Below, piece after piece: positions 63,092 to 64,000 of a stretch of DNA of 64,000 bases. The notes under the pieces were generated by a model, which had not been told where the DNA came from, ran no database searches, and was given only the letters and a program-made list of their open reading frames with translations. Location: positions 5,044 through 69,043 of the forward strand of contig JAPDJI010000025.1 in assembly GCA_029259155.1 (NCBI GenBank), written 5' to 3'. Source of the DNA: Candidatus Methanomethylicia archaeon. GTDB taxonomy: Archaea; Thermoproteota; Methanomethylicia; Nezhaarchaeales; B40-G2. Position 1 is the stretch's first letter. Each line of letters starts with the position of its first letter. The position numbers were made by a program, and so were the translations under genes.

Positions 63092-64000
63092 TTAAGCAGG
63101 CCACCTCAGCCTTCCAGTATTCAGTAGTTCAACAAGTGCTTGTTCAAGCATAGAAGCTGGAGCATCGAGAAGCCCTACTTGGCCTTCCTTAATTACTATG
63201 AGCCCTTGACTATGTAGAGCATAAAGGTCCTCAACCACTTCGTCGCTCGGCTTAACCTCATATTCCTCGCAGATTAGACGGTAATCCTTCATTAAAGCCT
63301 CAAAGGAGGCGTAGGCCTGCTCCACTCTTTTAAAGTATCGAGCTACGGCTAGAAGTAGTAATCTTTGATGTAGACTCAAAGCATAAAGCTCCTCTCTCCT
63401 TATCTCGGGATGGATCTCAGCCTTAGCTTTCCTAACATGTTCGAGCAGTACTTGATCTAAACCCTCCACGTCAGCATATTTTCCTGCTCTCCAAGCTAGT
63501 TCTAGGGCATAACGAGCATCCCCCCAAGGAGACGCTAAGTCAGCTATCATCCGAATTACCTCGCGGCTAACAGCATTAGGCTGAAAAGCTTCCTCAACGC
63601 GCTCGCTTACTATATCGTAGAGCTCCTCCATACCATACTTATTGAACCTCACAATGCTGGCCTTGAAGGTGCTTTGAGAAGCCTTATCGAGGGATTCCAA
63701 AAAACTTTCATCCCTTGAGATGAGTATTAGGTGAAGCCTCTTAGCCCCCCTAAACTGTTCATGGATTCTCGATAGGTCGTAAACAACATCCTTCACCTGT
63801 CTAGCCATGAGGTAATGGGCTTCGTCAAGGGTAAGAATCAACTGTAGATCTCCCTGTTCTAGGCAGTGCCAAAGAGCTTTTAACATGTCAACGTAGCTTA
63901 ACCCCCTCCTGGGGAAGGATGGTATGAGAGCCGTAAGCACCGAGTTCAGCACCTCTCTACCATCCTTCAACACCCTGGTGTTGAGATAGACATACCTTAA
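63092..64000 (-). CDS. orc1/cdc6: Orc1/Cdc6 replication initiator, C-terminal about 300 aa. The N-terminus lies beyond the window end.
   Basis: The frame stays open to position 64000 (..LRYVYLNTRVLKDGREVL..). Walker B/sensor is ILTLDEAHYL, the AAA+ lid is present, and the C-terminal winged helix is ...LHSQGLIVIKEGQVGL. Walker A is not in the window. Confidence 0.85.
   Translation of the reverse strand, partial: LRYVYLNTRVLKDGREVLNSVLTALIPSFPRRGLSYVDMLKALWHCLEQGDLQLILTLDEAHYLMARQVKDVVYDLSRIHEQFRGAKRLHLILISRDESFLESLDKASQSTFKASIVRFNKYGMEELYDIVSERVEEAFQPNAVSREVIRMIADLASPWGDARYALELAWRAGKYADVEGLDQVLLEHVRKAKAEIHPEIRREELYALSLHQRLLLLAVARYFKRVEQAYASFEALMKDYRLICEEYEVKPSDEVVEDLYALHSQGLIVIKEGQVGLLDAPASMLEQALVELLNTGRLRWPA

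Noticed and set aside
1-64000. CRISPR arrays, tRNA/rRNA genes, transposases or integrases, prophage genes and known defence systems.
   Set aside because: I inspected all intergenic gaps longer than 80 nt (2454-2638, 10086-10226, 13162-13334, 16475-16603, 27009-27157, 33337-33496, 33803-33987, 41312-41403, 62952-63091). I found no direct-repeat arrays, no tRNA-like T-loop or acceptor patterns, and no mobile-element-type proteins among the ORFs.

Overview
This is a densely coding archaeal chromosomal window of about 50% GC. The lineage looks TACK/Thermoproteota-like, based on ribosomal protein eS26, Alba, RadA, Orc1/Cdc6, endonuclease Q, BRE/TATA-type promoters 25-35 nt upstream of starts, and many overlapping or leaderless starts. 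I support about 72 protein-coding genes. I found no rRNA, tRNA, CRISPR array, transposase, integrase or recognisable defence system. The main theme is membrane energy conservation. (1) A Tat-exported respiratory supercluster at 9.3-18.5 kb carries a molybdopterin oxidoreductase (A subunit, FeS subunit, TorD-like chaperone) next to a membrane-bound [NiFe] hydrogenase (small and large subunits, maturation protease, HybA-like FeS subunit, NrfD-like anchor). TatC and two tatA genes lie at 3.5-5 kb and NikR at 61 kb. (2) An 11-subunit-type Nuo complex is split into two divergent operons: nuoABCDHI on the minus strand, and nuoJ(split)-K-N-L-M on the plus strand. No nuoEFG is present. (3) An acdA / HdrA-MvhD fusion / HdrD-like gene string is convergent with pyrF-DUF3786-like-etfBA. 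The rest is housekeeping and cofactor or lipid genes: ProRS, adenine deaminase, TrmI, ribose-1,5-bisphosphate isomerase-like, UbiA/UbiD, two polyprenyl synthases, myo-inositol-1-phosphate synthase, a CDP-alcohol phosphatidyltransferase, two PfkB kinases, two CofE-family genes, DegT aminotransferase, GT4 glycosyltransferase, an ABC importer and two tandem radical-SAM/SPASM genes. I see no clear novel multi-gene system. The observations most worth follow-up are these. A radical-SAM gene is interrupted by an in-frame TAA inside a 30-33 nt AGGCCT-repeat insertion. Three pairs of otherwise diverged local paralogs share perfect nucleotide-identity tracts of 55, 55 and 31 nt. A 17-nt promoter motif is duplicated in front of both hydrogenase transcription units. 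A stand-alone Cdc48-N (double-psi barrel) gene sits next to a GNAT whose C-terminal tail is duplicated as a separate ORF. A second, divergent CofE-like gene carries a hydrophobic insertion.
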